Below are positions 37,501 through 50,272 of a DNA stretch of 64,000 nucleotides, piece after piece. The notes beneath the pieces were generated by a model. It was not told the origin of the DNA. It ran no database searches and was given only the letters and a program-made list of their open reading frames with translations. This stretch comes from Psammoneis japonica (Eukaryota), in contig QPGO01000171.1 of the NCBI GenBank assembly GCA_008632985.1, forward strand, positions 62,001 through 126,000, given 5' to 3'. The stretch's first letter is position 1. Each line of letters starts with the position of its first letter. The position numbers and the translations under genes were made by a program.

Positions 37501-38348
37501 TCATGCAACACCTGCTTCCAAGGGTTGAAGAAAAGTTCATTCAGGCCTCTGCACCTGGTGAGCAGTTGGGCATTTGTCAGGTGGCTGGCAATTTGCAGCA
37601 AGAGTTTTGTGCTTTTCTTGCTTTGTGGGCCTGAGGGGCTGCTTGTTGACCCAGGTGCCATGCACAAACAATTGCCACGGCACCAATTGCATGTGGCAAA
37701 TCCTTTGCTTAGAAGAGTTGAGGGAGAACACAGGGAGTGCCAACACCGCCTCCAGAGTGTGAACACAAGGGGCTCGGGAATCCGTCTCTGCCAGTGGGCA
37801 CAAGCAATGGTTTCCTTGCAAGCCGCCAGCAGGCAAACTTGTGGCCCAGCTGTGTCAGATGCAGATGGTCAAGTGGTGCCTGCAGAAGAGCTCAACTCAG
37901 TCCTGCACCTTGTTTTGTGTGAGTTGTTTGACAATCATCCTTCTTTGTTTGCTGCAGATGTTTTGTTGCATTCAGACATCAAGGACAAGCATGATGTGAG
38001 CTGATCTTTTCATGGGGGTTCTGACTCCAGAGCCATCAAACAGAAGGTCTCCAAAGATGACATCAATGTTGTCAATGGGTGGAAGAAAAAGGAACAAGCT
38101 GGCGTGGCCAGGCTGGGACACAACATGCGCCAGCACTGTGTGGACATTTCTTTGCTTCTCCCTTCTTTCCTCCATTACACTGAGGAGATGTGAGGTGAGT
38201 TGCTTGCTCTCCTGGGTGTTCCTCAAGACTCAAGTTCTTCACATCAGGTGGGCACAGCCCAGGAGTTCTCATGATCAGGGGGGAATTTGTGCTCACCTCT
38301 GTCGGTTGGACAGCGGGAGTCAGCCGACTGAGGTCCAGAATTGACCTG
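31598..38348 (+). mobile_element. Degenerate DIRS/Ngaro-like tyrosine-recombinase retrotransposon
   Basis: Domain order gag-like (31.8-34.2 kb), RT (DIQMVYNGT..WAPSFFLPT..DLNLGNMFLNF; FVDDLR near 35140), RNase H (GFADALGKGLG..SSNWKE), WAPPPAAA region, then YR-like ORF ending S*SFHGGS...MRQHC. Boundaries are approximate. Confidence 0.75.
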
Positions 38349-39583
38349 CCGTGTTTTGCTTTGTGCAATGCCTGTCTCCAGTGTCAAGGGGAGCATCTGG
38401 TGTTGCCATCAATTCTGAGTTTCAGATCAAGCCAGTGAGAGGCTCCGACATTGCACAATGCCAAAGGAACCTCCCACCAGTCTCATCCCAGAAGTGCCCC
38501 AAGCAACACTCATCCGGTCCTTTTCCCAGAGCCCCCATGCTGCACACAGGATCCTGTGGAGGGTTTGGGTTTTACCCAACCCCCCTTGCACAGAGCAGAG
38601 CTGCACCAAGAGCTCCACTCTGTGAGACTCCCAAGCATGTTGAAATTGAGTTGCTTCTCAGTGGTTCTTGGTTAAAGCACTCCAAGGTTCAGAGCGAGTT
38701 GTCAGCTTGGTGCTTGCACAATCGAATCTGCTGGCCCCAACAAACTCTTTCTTGGACATGACAATTTGCATCCCCACACATGAAGTCCCCCTTGATTGGC
38801 ATGATGGGTGCACCCTGCCCAACCACCTCACCAACTCACCCCCACTGTCCTCTGACGAAATCTCTTGCATTTCCCATCAGTTTCGGTTAGTTTGAATCAA
38901 AACGCTCTTCTGCATTGCACCTTTTGTCAATGGGGATCATTTGAATATCTGCCTCTTGCCTCTGAACCTGCACATGCTGTGGCACAACCATCAACCATGG
39001 ATGAGTGGTGCGGCATCATGTCGACAAGCTCTGTTTTGTCCCGCCTTTTGCCAGAATGCAACACGTGTCTTCTCACCTGCTGTTGATGCTTTGCAGTGGT
39101 TGTCGCTGTTGTTGATGTTTGTTTCACCATTGAATTTCATTTGTCTCATTCTTTTAAATGTGATCTTAAAACTTGAACGGTGTTTCCACAATGCAAGATG
39201 TTTGTAAGTTTCACAAGGAATTGGGTCATCCATTTACATTGACTGTTTTGTGATTGAACATTTCAGTTGTGGCAATTGATCCTTTTTGCTGTTGACACTT
39301 TAGATTTCAACTTGGTTCACTTTTTACACCCCTTTCGTGCATCACCATGTGTGCTGGTGTTGTGTCTGCACCCCAGTCATCCCCATGTGCACACTTCCTC
39401 TTTGCATCTCACCATCTTTTACTGGAAATCTGTGCACATTTCTCTACCACACTTTTAGCACTTTTTCTACATGAGCCATTTTCTGCGCATTTCATGACAG
39501 TGCACCCTCTCCCCAAAATCAATTTGACCAGAGCGTGTGCTGTTGTGATTCACGTGCTTTCTGTGTGAACCATGAACTGACAA

Positions 39584-42500
39584 ATGGCCATGGCAGTCAA
39601 CAACTTTACCCCATCAGCAGATGAGGTTGACCCCAATCCCTCATTTGTCTTTGCAGATGATGTCAATTTTGACAACTTAGAATGTTTCACCAACAGTTTT
39701 GGAATGGAGCTTTTTGGGCCCAAGCTCAAGAGCATGATTGCCATGCATGCATCCAAAAAGCAGTCAATGGAGAAAACAAATTGGTTTCCCTCTCCAGAAT
39801 TCCTCACACTTGTCTTCCTTTGCCATGAGCCCAAGCTTTGTTGTGTTCCCTGCATTGCTGAAGTCAACCATGCAAACAACATTGTCAGGAAAACTCTTGG
39901 ACATCCCGATGTTTGGTCCCACATCATGACTCATGGTTGGGCGATGAAGCAATCCCGCCGGAACAAAGGTGAATGCATTCTTTGGCATCAAAATTTGGAG
40001 GATGCTCTTCATTTCTACACCCTGCCAGGAGAGACAGAAAAAGAAGAGGAGCACCATCGTGACCACCACAACACAAAGGCGATGGTGGAGTTTGTGTGCC
40101 AGATCATTGCCTGTGAGGACCTCAATGATCCTGTGTCAGACAAACCTTGTTTCCATTTTTTTATGGTGCAAAAGTCTCCAAAAACTGATTGACGACCAAG
40201 CACATGACCTTCATGGTGCATGCTTTGTTGTCACAATGGTCATGTGTCATGTCCAACACAAACCCAAGGACAGGAGCTGTTGGTTCATGCAGATCTTTTG
40301 TGATGTTAACACCCAAAAGGAGTGGCACATTTTTTTGTCAACAGCTTTCTTGTCACATGCCAGTTGAATGAAGTTGGTTCTGAGGAGGAAAAATTCAAGG
40401 GCTTTCTCAGAGACAAACTGTGCGACATCAAGGACATGGTGACAATGGAAGGTGATGCCGTTGCCACCCAGGAGGCACACAAAGCAAAAATCAATGCCAT
40501 GTCACAGTGTGAATTTGGGAAGCGTTGTCCAAAGGAGCAACCCGGCACACGACCCAGGCACTCCAAACAGCTGACAATGCTGTGTTGCTGAATGTGCACA
40601 ATCAGAGGGCTGACTGCTTGGATGACGATAAAAAATGGGAGCATAATTTGAAAACCAAGCACAAAATTAGAAGGATTTGCAAAGATGAAACCTGCTTGCA
40701 TGATGCAGGCAAGTGCTTCCTTCTGCCTGCAATTCTGTTGTGCATTGGTTTTTTCATGGATCTCTTCTGTCCTCCATTTCTTCTCTCCACAAAAGCCCTC
40801 TTTGACCACCCCTTGCAAGAAGAACACCAAGACCATTTCATGTGCAAACCAAGCACCTCCCTCAGTTTCTGGCAATGTGTCATCATCCAGGGAGGCACAC
40901 CGCTCCCTCACCGCCAACATTCCCCCCCTTGTTGGAATTCATGGATCAAGCCAAACCCTCTCCCCCCTCCCAAGGTTCTCTCTCAAATGGATGCCTCTCC
41001 AACATGAGAGTTTCTGCAAATGGACCATTTCTTGCCTCTCCTACAAATGACCCTAGTGACATGTCATGGCTGGACAAGTTCACGCTCTGTCAATGCTTTG
41101 ACCCATCTAAGTGTCACGCTGATGCCTCAGAGGAAGTTGTTGCACATGTCTCATGGCTTCACATCCTTGACCATGCCACAGATGTTGAGCGTGTGCTTCA
41201 CCACTCTGCTGCCAACTTTTACCTCACAGATAATTTGAGGCAAAACTGGCACAAGTTTGCCAACAAAACCACCCTGGGTGATCCCATGACAGGCTCCCGT
41301 GTGTGTGTTGAATGCTCTCCTTACTTGGATCACTGCTCGGAGAAACTGTCCATTGCCAGACAAGCAAATGCTTTATGCAAAGCTCACTTTGGTGGTCTTT
41401 GCATCTGCATTCCAACTCTCCTGCTGTTCATTTTGTTGAAGGGAGAGTCCAATCTGAAGCACAATGGATTGGTTGCTGTCAAGTCTGGAGACAAACATGG
41501 GATCAAGTTTGGTTGCACAGGATGGAAGTGTCATCCAAAGGAGCCTGGTTCTGCCAAATCTGCCAAACCCGTTGCCACATGTGGTCTGGATGTTTTCAAG
41601 TTGGATGACAATGTTGACGAACACAAAATGGCCAAAGTGAAGGCCATGGTCACGGATGTTCTCAACTTGATTCAGCTGTGCGAAAATGAGACAGAGCTTA
41701 AAAACTCAAAAACCTGCCACCCTTCAACTGTTTGCTTCATTGCCAGGAGCATTCAAAAGTGTTGGGTGATGCAATTGGTTGTCTCTGCTGCCGATGGGAG
41801 GACTGCACCATGAAGGGATTATGTGTGTCTTGGGGTCAGTTCTGCAATGGTCATTTTGACAGCAACAATTGTTCCTGGCATCAACACAGGAAGACATCCG
41901 CCAGTTGTTTCTTTGTCATGGATGCATTTGGTGACCTTTGGTCCTTCAAGGTAATGTGCAATGGCAAGAATGCCACTGGTCAACACTGTGATGACAAGCA
42001 CAAGATGAAGCCACAAGATGAAGCCAATGCTTGCTTGGATGCATCGCAATCGGGCTCAGCTGGATTTCCAACTGCAAGACTTTGACCTTCAACACAATGG
42101 TCACTCCCACCCAGAGGTTTCCCTCACCACTAAAAAATTCAAGCATTTCTTGCTGGATGACAACAGGCCTTGGGACAACATGGTGACAGGTGATGGCAGA
42201 AGCACAGGACTCCTCAAAGTGCACATGGACCATTTAAAAATCCCATCATTCCTGGCAAGAGACTTTCATCTGTCAGCTCCAGCAACAATTCTCTGCCAAT
42301 TCAAGAACATTGTGTGTGAGTCCAGGCCTGACCCAAAACAAGTCATGTGCCTGGTGACACTTGCCCATTGTCTAACCGGATGCCATCACTTCTGCTGTGT
42401 GGGGGACAAGTGTTTGCCAAATCTTTGTTGTGAAGGCAGCAACCCATTTGTGCTCTTCTGCACATTTCTGATGAATGAGTTCGGTGTGTTGTTTGGTGGT

Positions 42501-43206
42501 CCCCAGGTTGGGTGAATTGGCCCCACCAACTTGATTCATGAGAAGTTTTCCAAGGTTTTTTTGGACCCAAACTCTAGCAGATCTCATCGTCGATGAGATC
42601 TGTGCAACCCGACTGTGGACAAACGACAATGTGATCAACAACAGCTTCTGTGCTCACCTGATGGAACAACTGTGCAAGGATGCCTGTGAAGTTTGGGCAC
42701 AATGCAGAGCTGATTTAGTGAAATTGGTCTGATGTTGGTCCTGCAATGTCTGGCACTGGCATGGGTGGTTGTCAAGAACCATTTGCATCTGAATGACATG
42801 GTGCATCCCGTCTTCAATTCCAGAGCAGCTGGACAACTGAAGCACATCAAGCTGGAAGAATGCCCTCTTGTGCACAAATGCACAACTTCAGAGACTGGGA
42901 CAGAAGACCTTGGGTGGAATAGAATGGAGCACCAGCTGTGTGAATCCAAGTGCAATCATTGACAATCTGTCTGCCCAATTCTCCCAGAAGGGTGGTGCTG
43001 ACCCGCCCGACGCAGCCCAGATCATGAACATGGAGAAACTTCAACCTGATGTGAGCCTTTCTCATGATGTCGAATCATCCACTTGCCTGAATTCTGATCA
43101 TGATGTAGAATCCAGCATGTCATGGGGGGATCCAGTCCTTTGTCCAATTCTTGCACACCCAGACAATTTTGACATTGACAATTACGCAGACACAATGCTG
43201 TGGTGA
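39584..43206 (+). pseudogene. Long degenerate coding remnant of unknown function (probably transposon cargo)
   Basis: Chain of overlapping plus-strand ORFs with protein-like composition but depleted of Tyr. Contains an HFDSNN motif at 41852-41869. Confidence 0.4.
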
Positions 43207-44628
43207 GTTGTGATTGTTTGGCAAATTGACGGAGGTAACCTCGCCAATTTACTCATCTGATCAAAGGCTTGTGCCCTCCCCACTTGACAATCTGAAGGGA
43301 TGATGGTGGTGCCAAGTCCTTTGGCTGGGCATGACAAGGCCTGTCAATGCAGGTGAGCTTTCTTTGGAAGAACTTTGTTCAGACTATGGCATCAAGCAAG
43401 TGTCTTCCATGCAGCATCAAAGAGATGAGGCCAGGTGCACTGTGATCAAGGATCTTTTCAGTGATGTGCCAGTGGAGGCATGAACCGTTTCTCTTCAGGA
43501 TGGAAGCACCACTCACCACCTTAATTGCAATGTGTGTGCATGGGATTTTGTACAGGGCATGCCATCGTGATTTGGAGATGACATTGATTTTAGGAAAAGT
43601 GGCTTCATTCAAATTTGCATGGACCACTGCTGGATGCAATGAGGGGAGTGGCAGCAAATGACATTCGGAGAATGCTTTTTCTGCAAGAACCTGAAAGAAA
43701 TGATGTTTTCTTTGTTTCATCCAAAGCTGCAAATGTGCCGCATCACAGTCACGCACAACCTTTGGTCCCTGACCCAAGTTGTCTGAAACTTGGAGCACGT
43801 GGAAGAGTTTTCCTTGGTGCTTGGTGTCAACAAAGAGATGGCGTGCAATGAAGTGATGGTTTGCCAGGCATCCCTCAAAATTGGAGAGCAGGACAGGGCG
43901 GATTGGCTGGGAAAACCATCCAATCAGGAAGACCTTCATTTGGGAGTGATGCAGAACAGGAAATCCAGGAATCCCTTCCCAAGACAGAAAAGGACACAGT
44001 CCTGAAGTTTGTCAAGGAGCTGCCTTTGGTTGATCCAACACAGCCAACGAAGTTCTTTTCCTTCAAGAGAAGAATGCCAAATTGGGAGGTGGGCAAATGG
44101 CCTTCCTGTTTTTTGATCCACTAGAGTCCCTGCAGTCTGCAGGAAGAGCAGGTCCCTGCCATTGAGTTAGGTGAGCATCATGACAGGGCTTCAGTCCCAA
44201 CGAAACAATGTCATCACTGACAATTGCAACTCCTGTGCATGATGACACAACAGTTAATGACAGACATCCGAGATGGGGAGCACACTCCCTTGTGTCGGAC
44301 AGACTGGCATAGACAGCATGGAGAGATCCGATGATCTCTCCTTTGCTCACTTTCTTTCTCATCTAGCACACGATTATCATCTGCCCTAGATGTCCATTAG
44401 ATTGTCCCGACACCGCTAGTCCACAAGGTTATGAGCAGCAGTGCGCTGTTCCTCTCCCTCTGTGCTCCTCTGTTGCAATGCCTGTTGTGTGATTTGGCGA
44501 CCTTTTCTTCGTTGAAATCGTCATCATTGTCACAGCTGTTTTTTCACCTCTCGATTTGTGATCAAACGACCACCGTAGAACACACACCAGAGCTCTACAC
44601 AGGAATTTGATTTTTTTCCTGCGCAACC

Positions 44629-45246
44629 ATGGTGAACAAAAATCAAAACGCAGTCGATTTGACCAAGATCAAGATGATGCGGGTTGAATTCAGCCCACAT
44701 AATTGCTCACCCGATGCCCATGTTTTCCTGAATGCCCTTTGTTCGGACAAGATTCCTGCTTCTGAAGATCTTTTGGATGGATTTACCCCTCAAGGCCTCA
44801 AGAGTGACGCTGTCACTGTCCTCCGACATGAGATCGTTCATGATCTTATCATCCCTGAAGCCATCTTGACTAAAGATCTTACACGAATCGGACCAATCAT
44901 TGAGAAGGCTCCTCTCTTTGTGGCCACCCCTCAAGGCCCCCCAGTTTGTCTGAACCTCAGCACTCTTCAGAAGACCATGATCAAGGTGATCTCAGAGAAC
45001 GACGACACCATGCATGCACATGTTGGGACTCTACGTTTCCACTTCAGCCCTCGTTTTCGGCATTGTGATTGCTGGGATGACATCTCCGATGATCCGCATC
45101 CAGACCCACCGGCTGCTTCAAGTTCTGCATCCCCACCGGTTGCTGCCACAGGTCCTGCTCCTGAAGACTTTGCCAAGGCCTTGGCTGCTCATTTGCCTGG
45201 TCCAAAACAGTTTGAGCAAGCCCGACACTGCTGGCCCGCAAGTTAA
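44629..45246 (+). pseudogene. Possible truncated gag of another LTR element
   Basis: 205-aa ORF about 200 nt downstream of CA-AGGTTATGAGC (44424-44436), which resembles a half-tRNA-Met PBS. No diagnostic domain. Confidence 0.3.
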
Positions 45247-45339
45247 AACAAATTTATCATCAAGCGCTTCTATGAAACTTGTCTGCCCATGTTTTTCTCT
45301 TTTCTTGAGTTACCCAAATGTGCTTTGTCTTGTTGTGTG

Positions 45340-47100
45340 ACTCAGCAATCCCGGTTGCTCTTCACAAACCAACACCTTGTCTCCAACTGCATCAATGGGA
45401 ACCAACAAAAAGAAGCTTGGGAAAATGCAAAGCTTTTTCCGATGTGGAAAACTCGTGGTTTTTCAGTCGGTGTGTTGCATGCTTTCTGCCATGGAATGTG
45501 TTTGTCTGCCTGGTGAGTGCAAGGATGAGAAATTGCAAACAACTCTCCATTGCTTTCTCTTTGAAAGAAACAATGAATCCATGAAGGGAAGAACAAAAAT
45601 CCCAGCACTGAGGTCCCAAAGTTGACATTCACCCAGTTGTGAAGAGGGCCTTCACTGTTGTGGTTGGGGTGTGTGCAGCAAGCATCAATTCCATTTTTGT
45701 TGCAATGCTCAGTTTTGCACATGAGCATGTTGGAGGCATTCTCTAAGTCACCGACACAGTCCTTCCACTTCTTCCCTGCAAACTTGAGAAGCACCAGGTG
45801 CACATGACATTGTTTTTGCTCTCCCAGCTACAGGAACAAAATGGCATTGTTTGGGGCACTGTGCTTCAGTGTGTTCGAGCTCCCACCCAGTTGGTGTTGT
45901 GCCATCTCTCCCACAATGTGAATTCCTCTTTCTGCCTTGGATGAAATCCATGGGTTTGCAGAGATTGCACGGTGAACCCTCATTTGGTCTTCCATGTGAG
46001 ATGCCACCTGACTTGGGAAGACATCAAAGCTGCACTGTTGGGCTGTTGCGGATGGCAATTTGAAAAATCCTTCAACAATGATTCACCCAGCCCCACATCA
46101 CAGTTCATGGCATGCCAGAAGAAACACAGGAATGTTGGCAAGTGAAGCAGTTTGTGCAGTTTTTGGAGTTTCCACCCAGCGGAGAAATGGACCACACAAG
46201 AAATGAGCAATCGATCTATTTTGGCAAGGTCACTGTCATGGGTTTGCCACAAGAAGATCCAATGGAAGCTGTTTGTCCCATCTTGTCCACAAACTGTCAA
46301 ACATTCCAGGAACTGTGTCAGTGGATCCTTGACTCCAGCCAAGTGCATGCTCCCGTGCCACTCTCCGGCCAAGACACATCTGTCATCGATTCCCTTAGTG
46401 ACATGCATGCCAAAAGGATGGTTTGGGTCCACAAGATTGCTTTTGTCTGTCTGTGTGTAAGTGTCCAACATGTGTGATTGCCACACATCTTCAAAGTTCC
46501 ATCATGGTGCCATCACCGTTTTCTCACCACATTCCCCTCTGGCATTTTCTGGGCTGACCAGGACCATCTCTTGTGCCGGACCAGGAAACGATTTAGAAAG
46601 AGCATCCATTGGTTTGCTGCAATGAGACATTTTTGTGCCCAGCTTGAATGTGCTGCCGCAATGCCTTTTGACAAATCCAACAATGTCATCGTGCAAGTGC
46701 AGTGGCACTTTGCAGTCATCTGTCAGCTTGCACAGCTCTGCACAGGCACAGTTCAGGTTGCTCAGCAATGGCAAACTGGCAAAGGCAACCTCAGCAGGGT
46801 GTTGGCACACCTTGCCCAATCTGCTGTCATCCCCAAGGGAGGACATGTCCCCCTTGAAATGACATTGATTTGTCCCGCTTTTTGTCAGCAGAAAATTCCA
46901 CAGTCATGTCCAGCAGCATGATGAAAGAGTTGGCTTTTGATTTGCTGCTTTCTTCCTGCAGCATCTCCAGTGACATGAAATTGTTCTCCTTTTTGCCACA
47001 AATGGAAAGAGGGGAAATGTTGTCTTGGAACACTGGTGACCACGGTGTGTTGCTTTTTTGGTCTGCTGCCCCAGTGGAAGACCCCAGATGTACGTTGGTG
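45340..47100 (-). mobile_element. Plavaka-like transposase remnant (internally deleted)
   Basis: Minus-strand pieces NLVDPNHPFGMH..LAGEWH, GWKLQKLHKLLHLP..MNCDVGLGESLLKDF and CTHPNHNSEGPLHNWVNVNF resemble Plavaka-family motifs after reverting C/H to Y. Recognised from memory, not searched. Confidence 0.5.
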
Positions 47101-49768
47101 ACAGAGGCTCCTTGTCACAATCGCCTCAATCCAGGTGTGGAAGATTCATTTGATGATGATGACAAATCAAATTACCTGGAATCTCTGTGCCGAACAGATG
47201 CATTCCCAGATGTGCTGCTGTGACCAACCACTTTCACACAATCATCAGGAAACAAGGAAGGGCCCATCACATCTTGACGTGACAAGTTTGCCATTTCCTG
47301 AGTGACAAAAAGGCATTGTGGATTGCGATTTTTAAGTGGATGAGCATGCACTTGAATGACCGTTTGCAACAAGGACAGGCAATTGCCTCTTGCTCAACAT
47401 TGTTGGACTGAAGAACATCCATTTTGCGGTTAGAACGAGTTTTGGATTGCCAAAAACAAAGGCAGAATCCATTCCTTGTTAAGTTTGGTCATGTGCAGGG
47501 TGTGTGTGGTGAAGGGAAACAGAGAAACAAGACACAAAAATGGCACAAAAACATGGTGCATTGGTTTCTTTGCATTGATGAACTCTTTTTTGGTTGCCTT
47601 TCAAATGCATAAATTGGGATCATTGAACAACTCCAGAACAAATAATTGATGACAAAGTTAAAATCATCAACACAAAGGAAAAAACAAGTTTCAAATGGAT
47701 GTTCAGCAAGCGATCTCTGGTGGCCACTTGCTGTCAATTTGATTCCATGCTGAACAGTGGTGGGCTTGGTAAATCAACATTTGCTCATCCACTTCTGTTG
47801 GAGCAATGGGTTCAATGCATCAACAACAACAGCCATGGTGCAACAAATCAATGAGCAACCTGAAGTGAACCATGAAGTTGTTTGTTCCAAATGACATGTG
47901 TTGCTTGTGCACTGGCCCAATGACCACTGGGAGATGTTTGAAAAGCCGGCAAGTTTGACCCAAGAGAGAAGAGAAGAAATGACAGAGGTGGACTGCCATG
48001 TGGCAGAAGAAGAGCTGCATTGCTGGTTGGGCATGGAGGGGATTTGTCACTCAGGTGACCTGCACCTGCAATGCAATGGTGGGCTCATTTTGACATGTGG
48101 AGTTCACAAGTTGGACTTGAACTTGAAGGTTCCTGATGGAAGCCGCCATTTTGGCTGTCTGGGTTTGCATCTGTTCTGGGTCATCTGGAGTTAAGGTGGA
48201 AGCGCTCTGCATTGATTGGGGCTCTGGTTAATTAAGTTGAAGAGGCCTGGTTCTAATGGTCATTTTGAGCCCATTGACATTCACGGATTTGTTGTCGACG
48301 TCCACAATTCTGTGTGCATCAGCACTGAACCTGCCCACGCATTTTCAACACCAGGATCTCTGTGGAACAGCCAACCACCATGGGGTCTTTTTCTGTCCTT
48401 GATGGCAGCCATGCCCCTGCTCCTCCCAATGATTCCGCCATGGCAGATGATGTTGCTGTGGACCAATCATCCCCAAAGCCTTTTTCCAAGCCAAAAGAGC
48501 AACATTTTGAAGAGATCACTCTACATTTTGTGACATTTGTGGCCATGAAGCATCTTGCAAGCCCATGACCCTTGTTGCCGCTCACTTGCAAGTCCTGTGG
48601 CAGATTCTCTTCACTTGCCGCAAGGATGTGAAGATCCTTGACAACCATGACAACCAAATCACAAATGTCAACGTGGCCAAATGGGTGTTGTCTCTACAGC
48701 ACGAATGTTGCTTTGTGATTTCTGCCAGTTGCTTGTGCCACCGCATCCTTGCAAAAGTTCCACTTCATGAAATCTGCTCTCATCCTCACATCCAAAGTGT
48801 TTTGGATTTGAACAACACGGGCATGAAATGCCACTTCTGGAATGAATCTGCAACTGATGCGGCAAATCTGGCCTGTTGCATTGCTGCTGCAACAAAACAC
48901 ACCCCAATTGATGAAGCTGCCAAAATGTTTGTTAGCAATCTTGGTGTTTTCAGGACCAAGATGCTAAAGTTTTGTTTGGTGCCCTCTTCCATTTGTGCAG
49001 ACAACAACCAATTTCTGCCCCCCCCCCTTCGTACAGCAACTTTTGCAATTGAAGTTCAACAGGGCAATTGCCGTGCAGCCGGGAAAGCCTTGCTTCATGT
49101 GCACCCACCAAGCTTCCAACCTGCACATGGTCATGGCCAAGACACGTCATCTTTCTCCTCTTGCTTTTTACAATGCACAATTAAAATCAAGTAAAATCCA
49201 GGCTCATTGCAATGACAACACCTTTGTTGTTCCACTCTTGTGCACTTCTCTGGACACAATGTTTTGCTTCAAAAATGATCTCAAGGCTTTGAAAGGAGTG
49301 CAAGCTGTTTTCCCTTCTAGCTCTGTCAACAGCCAATGCAACATCCTGGTCAATCATGCAGATTTCAAATCAGTGAGGGCCGCAATCTCAATGTGTGTCA
49401 TGAATTTAATCCCAGACATCCCGGATGAATCTTGCCCTTCTCCTCCATTCCCGGATCATCTTCAGATCTCTGGAGTCCTGGAGGAACAGTCAGACACAAG
49501 CAAATCCACAGTGTTGGCCAGCATCTGCAGTCTCGAATCCCTGATGTTCTTGGATGTTTCTCCCCTGACAGACACTCAAGCCTCCAGTGCCCACCATTCT
49601 CCTCTGCCGCCACCTCACCCTGGCAGAGGCTACAAAGGAAGAGGCCTTGGTCATGGCACTGCTCAAGGCTCTTTGGTTCCTCCTCAGACATTTGCTCACC
49701 TTTCCTCATGTGCACCATCAAAGTTTGGTCAAACAGGACACCCCGGCTTCACATCTCCCCAACATTCC

Positions 49769-50272
49769 TGTGCTTGAGCCACCCAGTCTACCTCAAGCTC
49801 CTCTCTCACCTTGACACAGATGGCAGAAGTGCAGCAGACTTTGTCAAGGATGCAAGAGAAAAATGACAAGGCTTTAGAGGAGCTCTGCCAACAGCATTCC
49901 CAGGACATGGAGGCCTTGAACTCCACATTTGCCAAACAACACACCCAAGACATGGCCACCTTGCAGTCTCAATGTTCCCAACAACTGGCAGGCATGCAGG
50001 AACAAATGAATCTCAAATCATGTGCTTGAGCCACCCAGTCTACCTCAAGCTCCTCTCTCACCTTGACACAGATGGCAGAAGTGCAGCAGACTTTGTCAAG
50101 GATGCAAGAGAAAAATGACAAGGCTTTAGAGGAGCTCTGCCAACAGCATTCCCAGGACATGGAGGCCTTGAACTCCACATTTGCCAAACAACACACCCAT
50201 GACATGGCCACCTTGCAGTCTCAATGTTCCCAACAACTGGCAGGCATGCAGGAACAAATGAATCTCAAATCA
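49769..50272 (+). repeat. 252-bp tandem duplication in LINE ORF1
   Basis: 49769-50020 and 50021-50272 differ at one position (CAA vs CAT). Confidence 0.95.
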
